From assembly GCA_011773465.1 (NCBI GenBank), contig WVXO01000022.1, forward strand, positions 3,366 to 67,365: DNA of 64,000 nucleotides, given 5' to 3'. This stretch comes from Candidatus Aminicenantes bacterium. GTDB lineage: Bacteria > Acidobacteriota > Aminicenantia > Aminicenantales > Aminicenantaceae. A model generated the notes under the pieces. The model was given only the letters and a program-made list of their open reading frames with translations. It had not been told where the DNA came from and did not search any database. Of the stretch, positions 26,871-35,108 are shown piece by piece. The first letter of the stretch is position 1, and each line of letters begins with the position of its first letter. The translations under genes were made by a program, and so were the position numbers.

Positions 26871-28040
26871 CTATTCTTTGTCGTTATTGTCTTTGTCGCT
26901 CTTAATATGATCGCCCTCCTCCTGGTCAGGCTTATCTTGGTCCACTTTATCCAAATCGCGATTATCTTGATTGCCCTTATCTTGCTCATCTTTATCCTTT
27001 TCACTCATACCCCTATCGCTCTTATCAATATCGATCTTACCCTGATCACTAATATCCTGATCTTCCTTTTCTATCTTGCTCTTATCCTGATCCCCAACAT
27101 CTTTTTCACGCCTATTTTTCTCACCCTGATCTTGGCCGCCCATCTCTTTTTCATCCTTGGCTCGTTCTGTTTCTTTTTTTTCCTTCTCCGGGGCTTCTTC
27201 TTTTATTTTCATGCTTTCATACCATGTCTTCATCCCCCCAGCTATCGTCTTTCGCGATTTATACCCGAAGAAGACACCCATTCCAACGACAAGGAGGATA
27301 GCTAGTCCACCGCCCATATAATTGAGCTTGACCCATCTTATTGATTCGAGGTGTGTCGGTCCCATGAGTGAGCGAGCTTTTGAACGAACATCATGGCAGC
27401 GGGAGCAAAAATCCTTAAAAGGACGTTTGGCTCCGTGAGCAGAATCACCATAATGGCAATTAAGACACATCTTCATATCAAACCTCTCCGAGAGGTCGCC
27501 CTTGCGGTGTCCGGATATCTTTCCCAAAGAGGAGCCTTTGAAGATCCCTTTGACCATAACCTCAGCATGGCATTCGTTACAGGTCTCTCCCACATTATCC
27601 TCGTGCACGGACGATGATGGATCATCATGGGGAAGGATGTGGTGTTTGGTATGACAGTGGTAGCAGAGGGGAAGCTCTTTATTAGGGGAAGGAACTGCAA
27701 AGGTTAAGTGAATATTTTTCTGATACTCTTCTGCTTCTTCAGGATGACAGCGGGCACAATCCACATCGATGAAGCCTTCCCTGAAATGGATATATGGATT
27801 GGCATTTGTATGGCAATCCACGCAAACCAAGCTGCCTTTGTGGTGGATATCCTGGGACCATTTCTCTGGATCAACGAAGAGGGAGCGGATCTTCCCATCG
27901 CTTGTGATCTGGGAGATATCGGGCTTACCGTGACAGAAAAGACAATCTTGATCGGTGTATTCAGAAATTTGAGAAAAAGAACGGCTAAAAGAGAAGATTA
28001 AGAAAAAGGAAAAGGTCAACAGACATTTTTTTAAATGCAT
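26871..28040 (-). CDS. Heptahaem cytochrome c with C-terminal TM helix and long acidic D/K/E/Q-rich tail
   Basis: It has a signal peptide and seven CxxCH motifs (CLFCH, CVDCH, CARCH, CYHCH, CNECH, CLNCH, CSRCH). A TM segment GGGLAILLVVGMGVFFGY is followed by a ~129-aa low-complexity tail. ATG at 28040 is preferred over TTG at 28049. Confidence 0.85.
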   Translation of the reverse strand: MHLKKCLLTFSFFLIFSFSRSFSQISEYTDQDCLFCHGKPDISQITSDGKIRSLFVDPEKWSQDIHHKGSLVCVDCHTNANPYIHFREGFIDVDCARCHPEEAEEYQKNIHLTFAVPSPNKELPLCYHCHTKHHILPHDDPSSSVHEDNVGETCNECHAEVMVKGIFKGSSLGKISGHRKGDLSERFDMKMCLNCHYGDSAHGAKRPFKDFCSRCHDVRSKARSLMGPTHLESIRWVKLNYMGGGLAILLVVGMGVFFGYKSRKTIAGGMKTWYESMKIKEEAPEKEKKETERAKDEKEMGGQDQGEKNRREKDVGDQDKSKIEKEDQDISDQGKIDIDKSDRGMSEKDKDEQDKGNQDNRDLDKVDQDKPDQEEGDHIKSDKDNNDKE

Positions 28041-28154
28041 CCCTCTCAAGCGCCTTAGTTAAGTTATCCTGTGATTGTTATTAGATGCTGCGTGCTCTTT
28101 GTGGATGAAACTATCCTCTTCATTTTAATTCTATGGGCTCTAATCATACAATTC

Positions 28155-28979
28155 TTAAAAGGGAATAGCAACGCCCCAGGTCAGTTTATAAAATTTTTGT
28201 TTGCTTCCCGACGGGCTTGTCTTTATATCCTTCCAGATTCCTCCGCCAGCGGATAATTCCAACCAGTCTAAAAGCCTTATTCGTACGATCAGGTCTGCTA
28301 TATGAGTTTGCCCGCGAGAAAAAAGCTTTTCTGTCTGATAAAAAATCTGAAAATGGAGACCCACTCGATCTTCAAACCACCTTCCAACCCTAAGGCCATA
28401 TTCGTAGCGGGGAGAATCGCCTGAGAGGTCGAGATGTCCTCTCTGTTTTGTATTCTCAAGGAGATACCAGAGAAAAGGTTCGATATAGAAATCTCCTTTT
28501 TTAGACGGTAGCCCGAGGCCTATATAATTGCGGTTGACATAGTAGCGGCTTTGATTTATGGCGCTTCTGTGATCTAAGTCATGATTACTGTCGTGACCAA
28601 TAATCAAGACAAGATTTCTTGATAAGAATTGCCTGAGGGAGAAGTGCCAATCAAATTTGGTGCGGCTATGATTGTCGTCATGAGTCACGAGCTGGGCAAG
28701 GAAGACTGTGTTTTCTGTAATAAAAATGATGTTTCGAAATCCATAATTCCATCTATCTTCTTTTCCACTGAGGTCATTATAACTGGGAAATGTGCTTGGA
28801 AGTTGGAGATGACCGAAAAACTCTCCGTGGAGGGTGACTTTCTTTTCTCGGCTGACCGGCCTTTTCTCAAGATAGGGACGGTAGATAAAAAGTACGTAAG
28901 AATAAACCGAATCAGGGATGATAAAACATGAAAACAATAAAAAGAAAAAAACGATGCATATGCGTTTTTTAATATTCAC
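28155..28979 (-). CDS. Hypothetical outer-membrane beta-barrel-like protein with His-rich segments
   Basis: It has a signal-like N-terminus (ICIVFFFLLFSCFII), alternating strand pattern, HDDNH and GHDSNHDLDH segments and the C-terminal ...WGVAIPF. It lies ~105 bp upstream of the cytochrome gene on the same strand. Confidence 0.4.
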   Translation of the reverse strand: MNIKKRICIVFFFLLFSCFIIPDSVYSYVLFIYRPYLEKRPVSREKKVTLHGEFFGHLQLPSTFPSYNDLSGKEDRWNYGFRNIIFITENTVFLAQLVTHDDNHSRTKFDWHFSLRQFLSRNLVLIIGHDSNHDLDHRSAINQSRYYVNRNYIGLGLPSKKGDFYIEPFLWYLLENTKQRGHLDLSGDSPRYEYGLRVGRWFEDRVGLHFQIFYQTEKLFSRGQTHIADLIVRIRLLDWLELSAGGGIWKDIKTSPSGSKQKFYKLTWGVAIPF

Positions 28980-29055
28980 GGTTCGCCAGTATTAACATCC
29001 TTAAAGGTTCATATTTTTTGCTTTTTGCTTATTACTGTCAAGATTATTTTAAAAA

Positions 29056-29080
29056 GAAAAGGGGACAGGCCGCTTTTAAG
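29056..29080. repeat. Solo family-A repeat end
   Basis: GAAAAGGGGACAGGCCGCTTTTAAG shares the GGGGACAGGC core with the family-A termini. No inverted partner was seen nearby. Confidence 0.45.
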
Positions 29081-29195
29081 GCTTAAAATGAGAAGAGAGA
29101 AAAGGTATAATACATTCCTTCGATTTCTAGGAAAAAGGATTCTGTTTAAATAAGAAATTGAGGAAGGAATATTATTTTCGTTTGAGAGGGGAAAC

Positions 29196-30599
29196 ATGGA
29201 CGAGAAATGGGATGTGATAATCATAGGAGGAGGTCCTGGTGGATACGTTGCTGCTATCAGGGCAGCTCAGCTTAAAAAAAGAGCTGCTCTTATCGAGAAG
29301 CATAAGATAGGCGGGACATGCACGAATTATGGATGTATTCCCGCCAAATATCTTTTGCATCAGACAAAGATTTATAAAGAGCTAAAAGAAAACAAGAATA
29401 TTGAGGGTCCTTTAGAAAAGATAAAATGCAACTGGAAGAAAGTCCAGGAGGAGAAGAACAAGGTTGTAGAGAGACTGGTGAAGGGGATAGAGTTTCTGTT
29501 AAGGAAAAATGGAATAGAAATCATAAGGGCAGAAGGTCTTATCAGGAGCGAAAAACAGATTGCTGTTAAGACAGAAGGAGGAGAGAAGATTCTAGAGTCG
29601 GATAAGATTATCCTTGCCACTGGCAGCAGGCCGGCCGCGCTTCCTTTCCTTGAACCAAACGGGAAGGAAGTTGTTACATCTCGTGAAACGCTCGAGTTTA
29701 ATGATATCCCCAAAAGAATGTTGGTTGTCGGAGCTGGCGCAGTCGGACTTGAATTGGGCTCGATTTACCAGAGGCTTGGTTCGGACGTTTCAGTCCTTGA
29801 AATTATGCCCACTATACTCCCTGGCAGCGATGGGGAAATGGCTGCCCGATTGGAAAGGATCCTCAAACAGCAGGGACTTAAAATCCATACTCAAATGAGA
29901 ATAGAAGATAGCAGCATCAAAGAAGGTAGGGTAAGCCTTAAAGGCACAAGCCTTAAAACTCAATCTGCTTTTGATTTTGAGGCAGAAAAAGTTCTCTTGG
30001 CAATTGGAAGGAAGCCAAACACTGAAGATCTGACAGGAAAAGACTTTGAACTTATCTTAGATAAGCATGGATTTGTCAAAGTAAACTCTCAGCTGGAAAC
30101 AAACATCCCAGGTATCTATGCCATAGGAGATATGATCGGTGGATATCTTCTTGCCCATAAAGCATCGCACGAAGGAATCATTGCTGCCGAGAATGTGTCT
30201 GGATTAAAAGCGGAGATGAGCTATAAAGCTCTTCCTCAGGCAGTCTACACATATCCAGAATTCTCCTCTGTTGGTCTGACTGAAGAAGCAGCTAAGGAGA
30301 GAGGAATAAAGATTCAGGTGGGCTTGTTCTCTCTTCAGGCAAACGGCCGGGCTCTTACACTTGGAAAGCAGGAAGGTGTGGTCAAGATAATTGCAGATGA
30401 GAAAGATGAAATCATCGGGGCTCATATCATTGCTCCAAACTCGAGTGAATTTATTTCTGAGATAAGTTTAGCTATGAAAAGAGGCCTGAAAATTCAGGAC
30501 GTCTCTTCATCAATCCATATCCATCCGACATTATCGGAAGCTGTGATGGAAGCAGCCATGAAAGCCAAAAACCAGGCTATTCACATATTAAATATTTAA
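29196..30599 (+). CDS. lpdA: Dihydrolipoyl dehydrogenase
   Basis: It has the FAD motif IIIGGGPGGYVAA, the redox disulfide GGTCTNYGCIPAK, the NAD motif VVGAGAVGLE and the C-terminal HIHPTLSE. Confidence 0.9.
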   Translation: MDEKWDVIIIGGGPGGYVAAIRAAQLKKRAALIEKHKIGGTCTNYGCIPAKYLLHQTKIYKELKENKNIEGPLEKIKCNWKKVQEEKNKVVERLVKGIEFLLRKNGIEIIRAEGLIRSEKQIAVKTEGGEKILESDKIILATGSRPAALPFLEPNGKEVVTSRETLEFNDIPKRMLVVGAGAVGLELGSIYQRLGSDVSVLEIMPTILPGSDGEMAARLERILKQQGLKIHTQMRIEDSSIKEGRVSLKGTSLKTQSAFDFEAEKVLLAIGRKPNTEDLTGKDFELILDKHGFVKVNSQLETNIPGIYAIGDMIGGYLLAHKASHEGIIAAENVSGLKAEMSYKALPQAVYTYPEFSSVGLTEEAAKERGIKIQVGLFSLQANGRALTLGKQEGVVKIIADEKDEIIGAHIIAPNSSEFISEISLAMKRGLKIQDVSSSIHIHPTLSEAVMEAAMKAKNQAIHILNI

Positions 30600-30615
30600 A
30601 AAAATATCAAAACGT

Positions 30616-30644
30616 TTGCAAATACAAATTTATTTTTATAAAAT
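30616..30644 (+). promoter_or_regulatory. Candidate sigma70-type promoter for nuoA
   Basis: TTGCAA (30616-30621), a 17-nt spacer, then TAAAAT (30639-30644), ~25 nt upstream of the nuoA ATG. The region is AT-rich, so chance matches are likely. Confidence 0.3.
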
Positions 30645-30668
30645 TTATGCCTTTATTTACATAGAAGC

Positions 30669-31013
30669 ATGACCGAACTTTTCCTCGTTTTCCTCGTTTT
30701 TGGCCTCTTGGGATTTGTCTTGCTCTTTATGAACAAGCTTGTGGGACCCAGGAGGACAAATCCCACAAAGGAAACTCCGTTTGAGTGTGGAAGCCCTTAC
30801 CTCCAAGAGGAGATCAATCCTGTTCCGATTAAGTTTTCTCTTGTCGCTTTTATATTTCTTCTTTTTGATATCGAAGTCGTATTTTTCTTCCCCTGGGCTC
30901 TTATCTTCAAAGAAATGGGATTAGCTGCGTTGATTGTCATGTTTGCGTACATGTTTGTTATCATCATGGGATTTATTTACGCCTGGAAAAAAGGCGCTTT
31001 TGTCTGGGATTAG
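30669..31013 (+). CDS. nuoA: NADH-quinone oxidoreductase subunit A
   Basis: A 114-aa protein with three TM segments and the FECG motif, in first position of the nuo cluster. Confidence 0.85.
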   Translation: MTELFLVFLVFGLLGFVLLFMNKLVGPRRTNPTKETPFECGSPYLQEEINPVPIKFSLVAFIFLLFDIEVVFFFPWALIFKEMGLAALIVMFAYMFVIIMGFIYAWKKGAFVWD

Positions 31014-31104
31014 GAGAACAGAAAAGATCAAAAATATAGCTAGTAACTATCACTTGTAGCTGGTGATGAGGACCAGTAACAAGAGATCAAGAAGAAGGTA
31101 GCAC

Positions 31105-31578
31105 ATGATAGGAAGTTTTTTTACGACGAGATTCAATTACATACTGGGATGGGCTCGGAAGTATTCTCTTTTTCATTATCCTTATATTACAGCTTGTTGT
31201 GGTATGGAATATATGTCTACCGCTGCCTCCCATTTTGATTGGGACCGCTTTGGGACTGGCTGGACAAGGTTTTCACCACGTCAGTCTGACATGCTTGTTG
31301 TCTGCGGAACAATCTCTCATAAATTAGCACCGGTACTCCGGACAGTCTATGACCAGATGACCGAGCCCAAGTGGGTTATGGCTTTTGGCACTTGTACTGT
31401 GAGTGGCGGTATTTACGACAATTATGCCGTTGTTCAAGGAATTGACCGCATTATCCCGGTGGATATCTACATTCCGGGCTGCCCACCTCGCCCGGAGACA
31501 GTTTTGGATGGCTTAATAAAATTACAGGAAAAAATTCAAAAACAAGAACAAGAATGGAGATGGAAAAAAAGAAAGTAA
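31105..31578 (+). CDS. nuoB: NADH-quinone oxidoreductase subunit B
   Basis: It has the N2 cluster ligands CCGMEY...GTC...GCPP(RPE). Confidence 0.93.
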   Translation: MIGSFFTTRFNYILGWARKYSLFHYPYITACCGMEYMSTAASHFDWDRFGTGWTRFSPRQSDMLVVCGTISHKLAPVLRTVYDQMTEPKWVMAFGTCTVSGGIYDNYAVVQGIDRIIPVDIYIPGCPPRPETVLDGLIKLQEKIQKQEQEWRWKKRK

Positions 31579-32039
31579 TAGAAGAACTAAGACAGAAATT
31601 TTCAGAAAAGATAAAAGAGGTAACTGTTCAGTTTGGAGACGAAATTCTCCTCATCGAAAGGGATTCCCTTCTTGATATTGTCCAATTCTTGAAAGATAAG
31701 CCTTATTCCTACAGCATGCTTCTCGACCTCACCTGTGTCGACTATAAAGGTCAAGAACCGCGCTTCGAGATGGTTTATCATCTGTTTTCTATTCCCAACA
31801 TACAGCGCTTAAGAATAAAGGTCCGACTCTCAGAGAAAGACCTCCAGATTGACTCATTGACTTCGGTCTGGAAAAACGCCAATTGGCTGGAGAGAGAAGT
31901 CTACGACATGTTTGGAGTTAATTTCAAAGATCATCCTGATCTAAGACGAATTTTCATGTATGACGGATTCGAGGGCCATCCTCTGCGTAAGGACTTTCCT
32001 CTGCGTAAACGCCAGCCAAGGATTCCGTTGAGAAAATAA
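31554..32039 (+). CDS. nuoC: NADH-quinone oxidoreductase subunit C
   Basis: It has the motif NWLEREVYDMFGVNFKDHPDLRRI. The start is uncertain (31554 or 31560) and overlaps the nuoB end. Confidence 0.88.
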   Translation: MEMEKKKVIEELRQKFSEKIKEVTVQFGDEILLIERDSLLDIVQFLKDKPYSYSMLLDLTCVDYKGQEPRFEMVYHLFSIPNIQRLRIKVRLSEKDLQIDSLTSVWKNANWLEREVYDMFGVNFKDHPDLRRIFMYDGFEGHPLRKDFPLRKRQPRIPLRK

Positions 32040-32040
32040 A

Positions 32041-33369
32041 ATGCCGACAAGAATTCAGAAAGAAGCTTCCGAAGAAAGCCTTCTTCTAAACATGGGACCT
32101 TCTCATCCAGCCATGCACGGGACAATCCGGATAATGCTCGAGCTTGACGGGGAGCGGATTCTCAATTCGGAAGTCGAAGTGGGATATTTACACAGAGGTT
32201 TCGAGAAAATCTGCGAACACAGGACCTATTTCAACCTGCTTCCCTATACGGACAGGATGAATTATGTCTCTCCTCTAATCAATAACCTTGGTTATGTGAT
32301 GACAGTAGAGAAAATGTTAGGCATCGAGGTGCCTGAGAGGGCGCAGTATATTCGAGTTATAATGAGTGAGCTTTCGCGCATTTCTGACCACCTTACGTGT
32401 CTGGCAGCCATGGCCATGGAGTGCGGGGCTTTCACCGTTTTCCTCTACAACGTGAAAGCACGTGAATTTATCTGGGATGTCATCGAAGAAACCACGGGCG
32501 CGCGCATGACAACTTCCTATATCCGCATAGGCGGAGTTAGAGCTGATCTTCATCCTGGTTATAAAGCGGTTCTTAAGAAAGCGATTGTGGAGACAAGAAA
32601 AGTTTTAAAGGATATTCATGGTCTCCTTGATAAGAACAAGATTTATCTTAATAGAACAAGAGATATTGCGGTTGTTTCTCCAGAGACAGCCATCTCCTAT
32701 GGATGGACTGGCCCCTGTCTCCGCTCCACAGGCGTTTATTATGATGTCCGCAAAGCTTCCCCTTATGCGGTTTATGACCAATTGGATTTTGAGGTTCCTT
32801 TGGGCGAGCGAGGGGATAACTTTGACAGATACATGGTTCGGATGAAAGAGATGGAACAGAGCCTAAGGATTATTGAGCAAGCCATGGAAAAAATGCCAAG
32901 TCCGTCTCCATCCAAGCTTATGGCTGAAGCTCTCGAGCCAGCCGAAGCAATCAAGGCCTCCAGAACAAAAAGGATTGAGAAAGAAATAAAGCTCTCTCCC
33001 AATTTAGAAGGTTCAGAAAGGCAGAAATACCTGGATATTCTTGGCACAGATAAAAAATATGTCGTCCCTCCCAAGGAGGATACATACACTTCGATCGAAG
33101 GGATCATTAATCATTTCAAGTTTTTCATGAGGGATCATGGTATAAGACCTCCCAAAGGGGAGGTTTATTTTTCTGTTGAAGGCGGAAACGGCGAGCTTGG
33201 CTTTTATATCGTATCAGATGGCACTGACAGGCCCTATCGCTTGCACCTGAGGGCGCCTTGTTTTCACATTGTTTCTGCCCTGGAAGAAATGATCAAGGGG
33301 CGCTACATAGCCGATGTCATTCCTACTTTTGGATCGACGAATATGATAGGAGGAGAGTTAGATAGATGA
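32041..33369 (+). CDS. nuoD: NADH-quinone oxidoreductase subunit D (with ~40-aa insertion)
   Basis: It has NMGPSHPAMHGTIR, YLHRGFEK and the C-terminal GELDR. An extra segment lies at residues ~288-335 relative to the remembered E. coli/Thermus layout. Confidence 0.92.
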   Translation: MPTRIQKEASEESLLLNMGPSHPAMHGTIRIMLELDGERILNSEVEVGYLHRGFEKICEHRTYFNLLPYTDRMNYVSPLINNLGYVMTVEKMLGIEVPERAQYIRVIMSELSRISDHLTCLAAMAMECGAFTVFLYNVKAREFIWDVIEETTGARMTTSYIRIGGVRADLHPGYKAVLKKAIVETRKVLKDIHGLLDKNKIYLNRTRDIAVVSPETAISYGWTGPCLRSTGVYYDVRKASPYAVYDQLDFEVPLGERGDNFDRYMVRMKEMEQSLRIIEQAMEKMPSPSPSKLMAEALEPAEAIKASRTKRIEKEIKLSPNLEGSERQKYLDILGTDKKYVVPPKEDTYTSIEGIINHFKFFMRDHGIRPPKGEVYFSVEGGNGELGFYIVSDGTDRPYRLHLRAPCFHIVSALEEMIKGRYIADVIPTFGSTNMIGGELDR

Positions 33370-33839
33370 GTCTTGAGTTCTCAGAGAAGGCAAAGAAGAA
33401 AATCGAGGAAATTGTTGCCCGCTATCCTCAAAAAGAAGCGGCTATTCTTCCAGTTTTACATGTCACCCAACAAGAATTCGGCTTTATCTCTGCAGTACAA
33501 GAAAAAATAGTAGCTAAAGTTTTAGGAATAAAACCTATTAGGGTGAGAGAACTCGTGACTTTTTATACCATGCTCACCAGGGAATCTTTAGGAAAATATC
33601 ACATTCAAGTCTGCACCAACCTGAGCTGCCATCTTTTAGGAGCAGATAATTTCGTTGATTATTTAGTAGATAAATTAGGGATTCAGCCTGGAGAGACTAC
33701 CCCTGACAAAAAATTCACTCTTTCGACGGTTGAGTGTTTAGGTGCCTGTGAGCGAGCTCCCTGTATGATGATAAATTTTAATTATTACGGTGACTTGGAT
33801 CCAAAAAAAGTCGATGAAATCTTAGACAATTTGAAATAG
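33366..33839 (+). CDS. nuoE: NADH-quinone oxidoreductase subunit E
   Basis: It has the 2Fe-2S ligands C.NLSCHLLGA...CLGACERAPCMMIN. Confidence 0.9.
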   Translation: MSLEFSEKAKKKIEEIVARYPQKEAAILPVLHVTQQEFGFISAVQEKIVAKVLGIKPIRVRELVTFYTMLTRESLGKYHIQVCTNLSCHLLGADNFVDYLVDKLGIQPGETTPDKKFTLSTVECLGACERAPCMMINFNYYGDLDPKKVDEILDNLK

Positions 33840-33843
33840 AAAA

Positions 33844-35082
33844 ATGAAGGAAAAGGTTTTAACCGAACATTTTGGGCTTGAGAATCTATACAAAATAGAC
33901 GTGTATCAAAAGCAGGGAGGGTATCGAGCTACGGAGAAAGCGCTAAAGAAAATGAGCCCAGAAGAAATTCTGGAAGAAGTGAAAAAGGCTAATTTGAGAG
34001 GAAGGGGTGGCGCAGGCTTTCCGGCTGGAGTCAAGTGGAGTTTTGTTCCGCCCACGGATAAGCCAAGATACCTATGTGTCAACGCTGATGAGGGAGAACC
34101 GGGAACTTTTAAAGATCGCTACATCATGAGCCACAATCCCCACATGCTGCTCGAAGGGATTATCATAACTTCTTTCTGTGTGGGTATCAATGCTGCTTTT
34201 ATCTACATCCGGGGCGAATATGAAGCTATCGCCTTAAGGCTTGAACAGGCCATTTCAGAAGCATACGAGAAAGGATTTTTGGGAAAAAACATCGTGGAGA
34301 GTGGCTTTGACCTGGATGTTTATGTTCACCGCGGTGCTGGAGCCTATATCTGCGGTGAGGAAACCGCACTCCTGGAATCGCTCGAAGGCAAAAGGGGAAA
34401 TCCTCGTCTGAAGCCTCCTTTTCCTGCTTCTGTTGGTCTTTGGCAATGTCCTACGGTTATAAATAATGTTGAAACAATCTCTAATATCCCTCATATCATA
34501 CTTAATGGTGCGGAATGGTTTATCAAAAAAGGGCTTCCCAAGGACGGAGGAACCAGAATTTTTGGTGTAAGCGGCATGGTCAAGAATCCAGGAATCTACG
34601 AACTGCCTCTTGGAACCAGCTTGAAAGATATCATTTTCAAACATGCAGGAGGAATGAAGGAAGGAAAAAAATTGAAGGCCGTTATTCCAGGTGGAATGTC
34701 AGCACCTATTTTGACAGCAGATGAAATAGGTATAAAAATGGATTTTGACTCGCTGGTCGAGGCAAATTCTATGCTCGGTTCTGCTGCAATCATAGTCATA
34801 GATGACAAGACCTCTATTCTTGATGTTTTGAAGGTTGTCACTAAATTTTATTCCCATGAGTCATGCGGCCAGTGCACCCCCTGCCGGATCGGAAATTCGT
34901 GGATAAATAAAATCGTCAAACGTATAGCAGAAGGGAAAGGGAAAAAAGAAGACATCGATAGTATCTTACGGTTGGCTTCAAATATCGAGGGCAACACTCT
35001 TTGCCCCTTAGGAGATGCTGCAGCCATGCCTATTCTTTCCATCACCAAGAAGTTCAGGAAGGAGCTTGAATCTCATCTTTAG
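33844..35082 (+). CDS. nuoF: NADH-quinone oxidoreductase subunit F
   Basis: It has the NADH/FMN site GRGGAGFPAGVKW, CNADEGEPGTFKDR, and the N3 cluster motif ESCGQCTPCR...C. Confidence 0.94.
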   Translation: MKEKVLTEHFGLENLYKIDVYQKQGGYRATEKALKKMSPEEILEEVKKANLRGRGGAGFPAGVKWSFVPPTDKPRYLCVNADEGEPGTFKDRYIMSHNPHMLLEGIIITSFCVGINAAFIYIRGEYEAIALRLEQAISEAYEKGFLGKNIVESGFDLDVYVHRGAGAYICGEETALLESLEGKRGNPRLKPPFPASVGLWQCPTVINNVETISNIPHIILNGAEWFIKKGLPKDGGTRIFGVSGMVKNPGIYELPLGTSLKDIIFKHAGGMKEGKKLKAVIPGGMSAPILTADEIGIKMDFDSLVEANSMLGSAAIIVIDDKTSILDVLKVVTKFYSHESCGQCTPCRIGNSWINKIVKRIAEGKGKKEDIDSILRLASNIEGNTLCPLGDAAAMPILSITKKFRKELESHL

Positions 35083-35108
35083 GCTCTAAGCCGGAGAAGG
35101 CGAACGAG

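Noticed and set aside
26481-27305. 274-aa plus-strand ORF (I/L/F-rich) across the FeS and cytochrome genes
   Set aside because: It is antisense to two motif-rich genes. Its hydrophobic low-complexity sequence is just the complement of the D/K/E-rich cytochrome tail codons. There is no RBS.
29196-30599. Orphan lpdA (no E1/E2 or glycine-cleavage partners nearby) as an anomaly
   Set aside because: Stand-alone lpd genes are common. Proximity to nuo is not by itself evidence of a new function.
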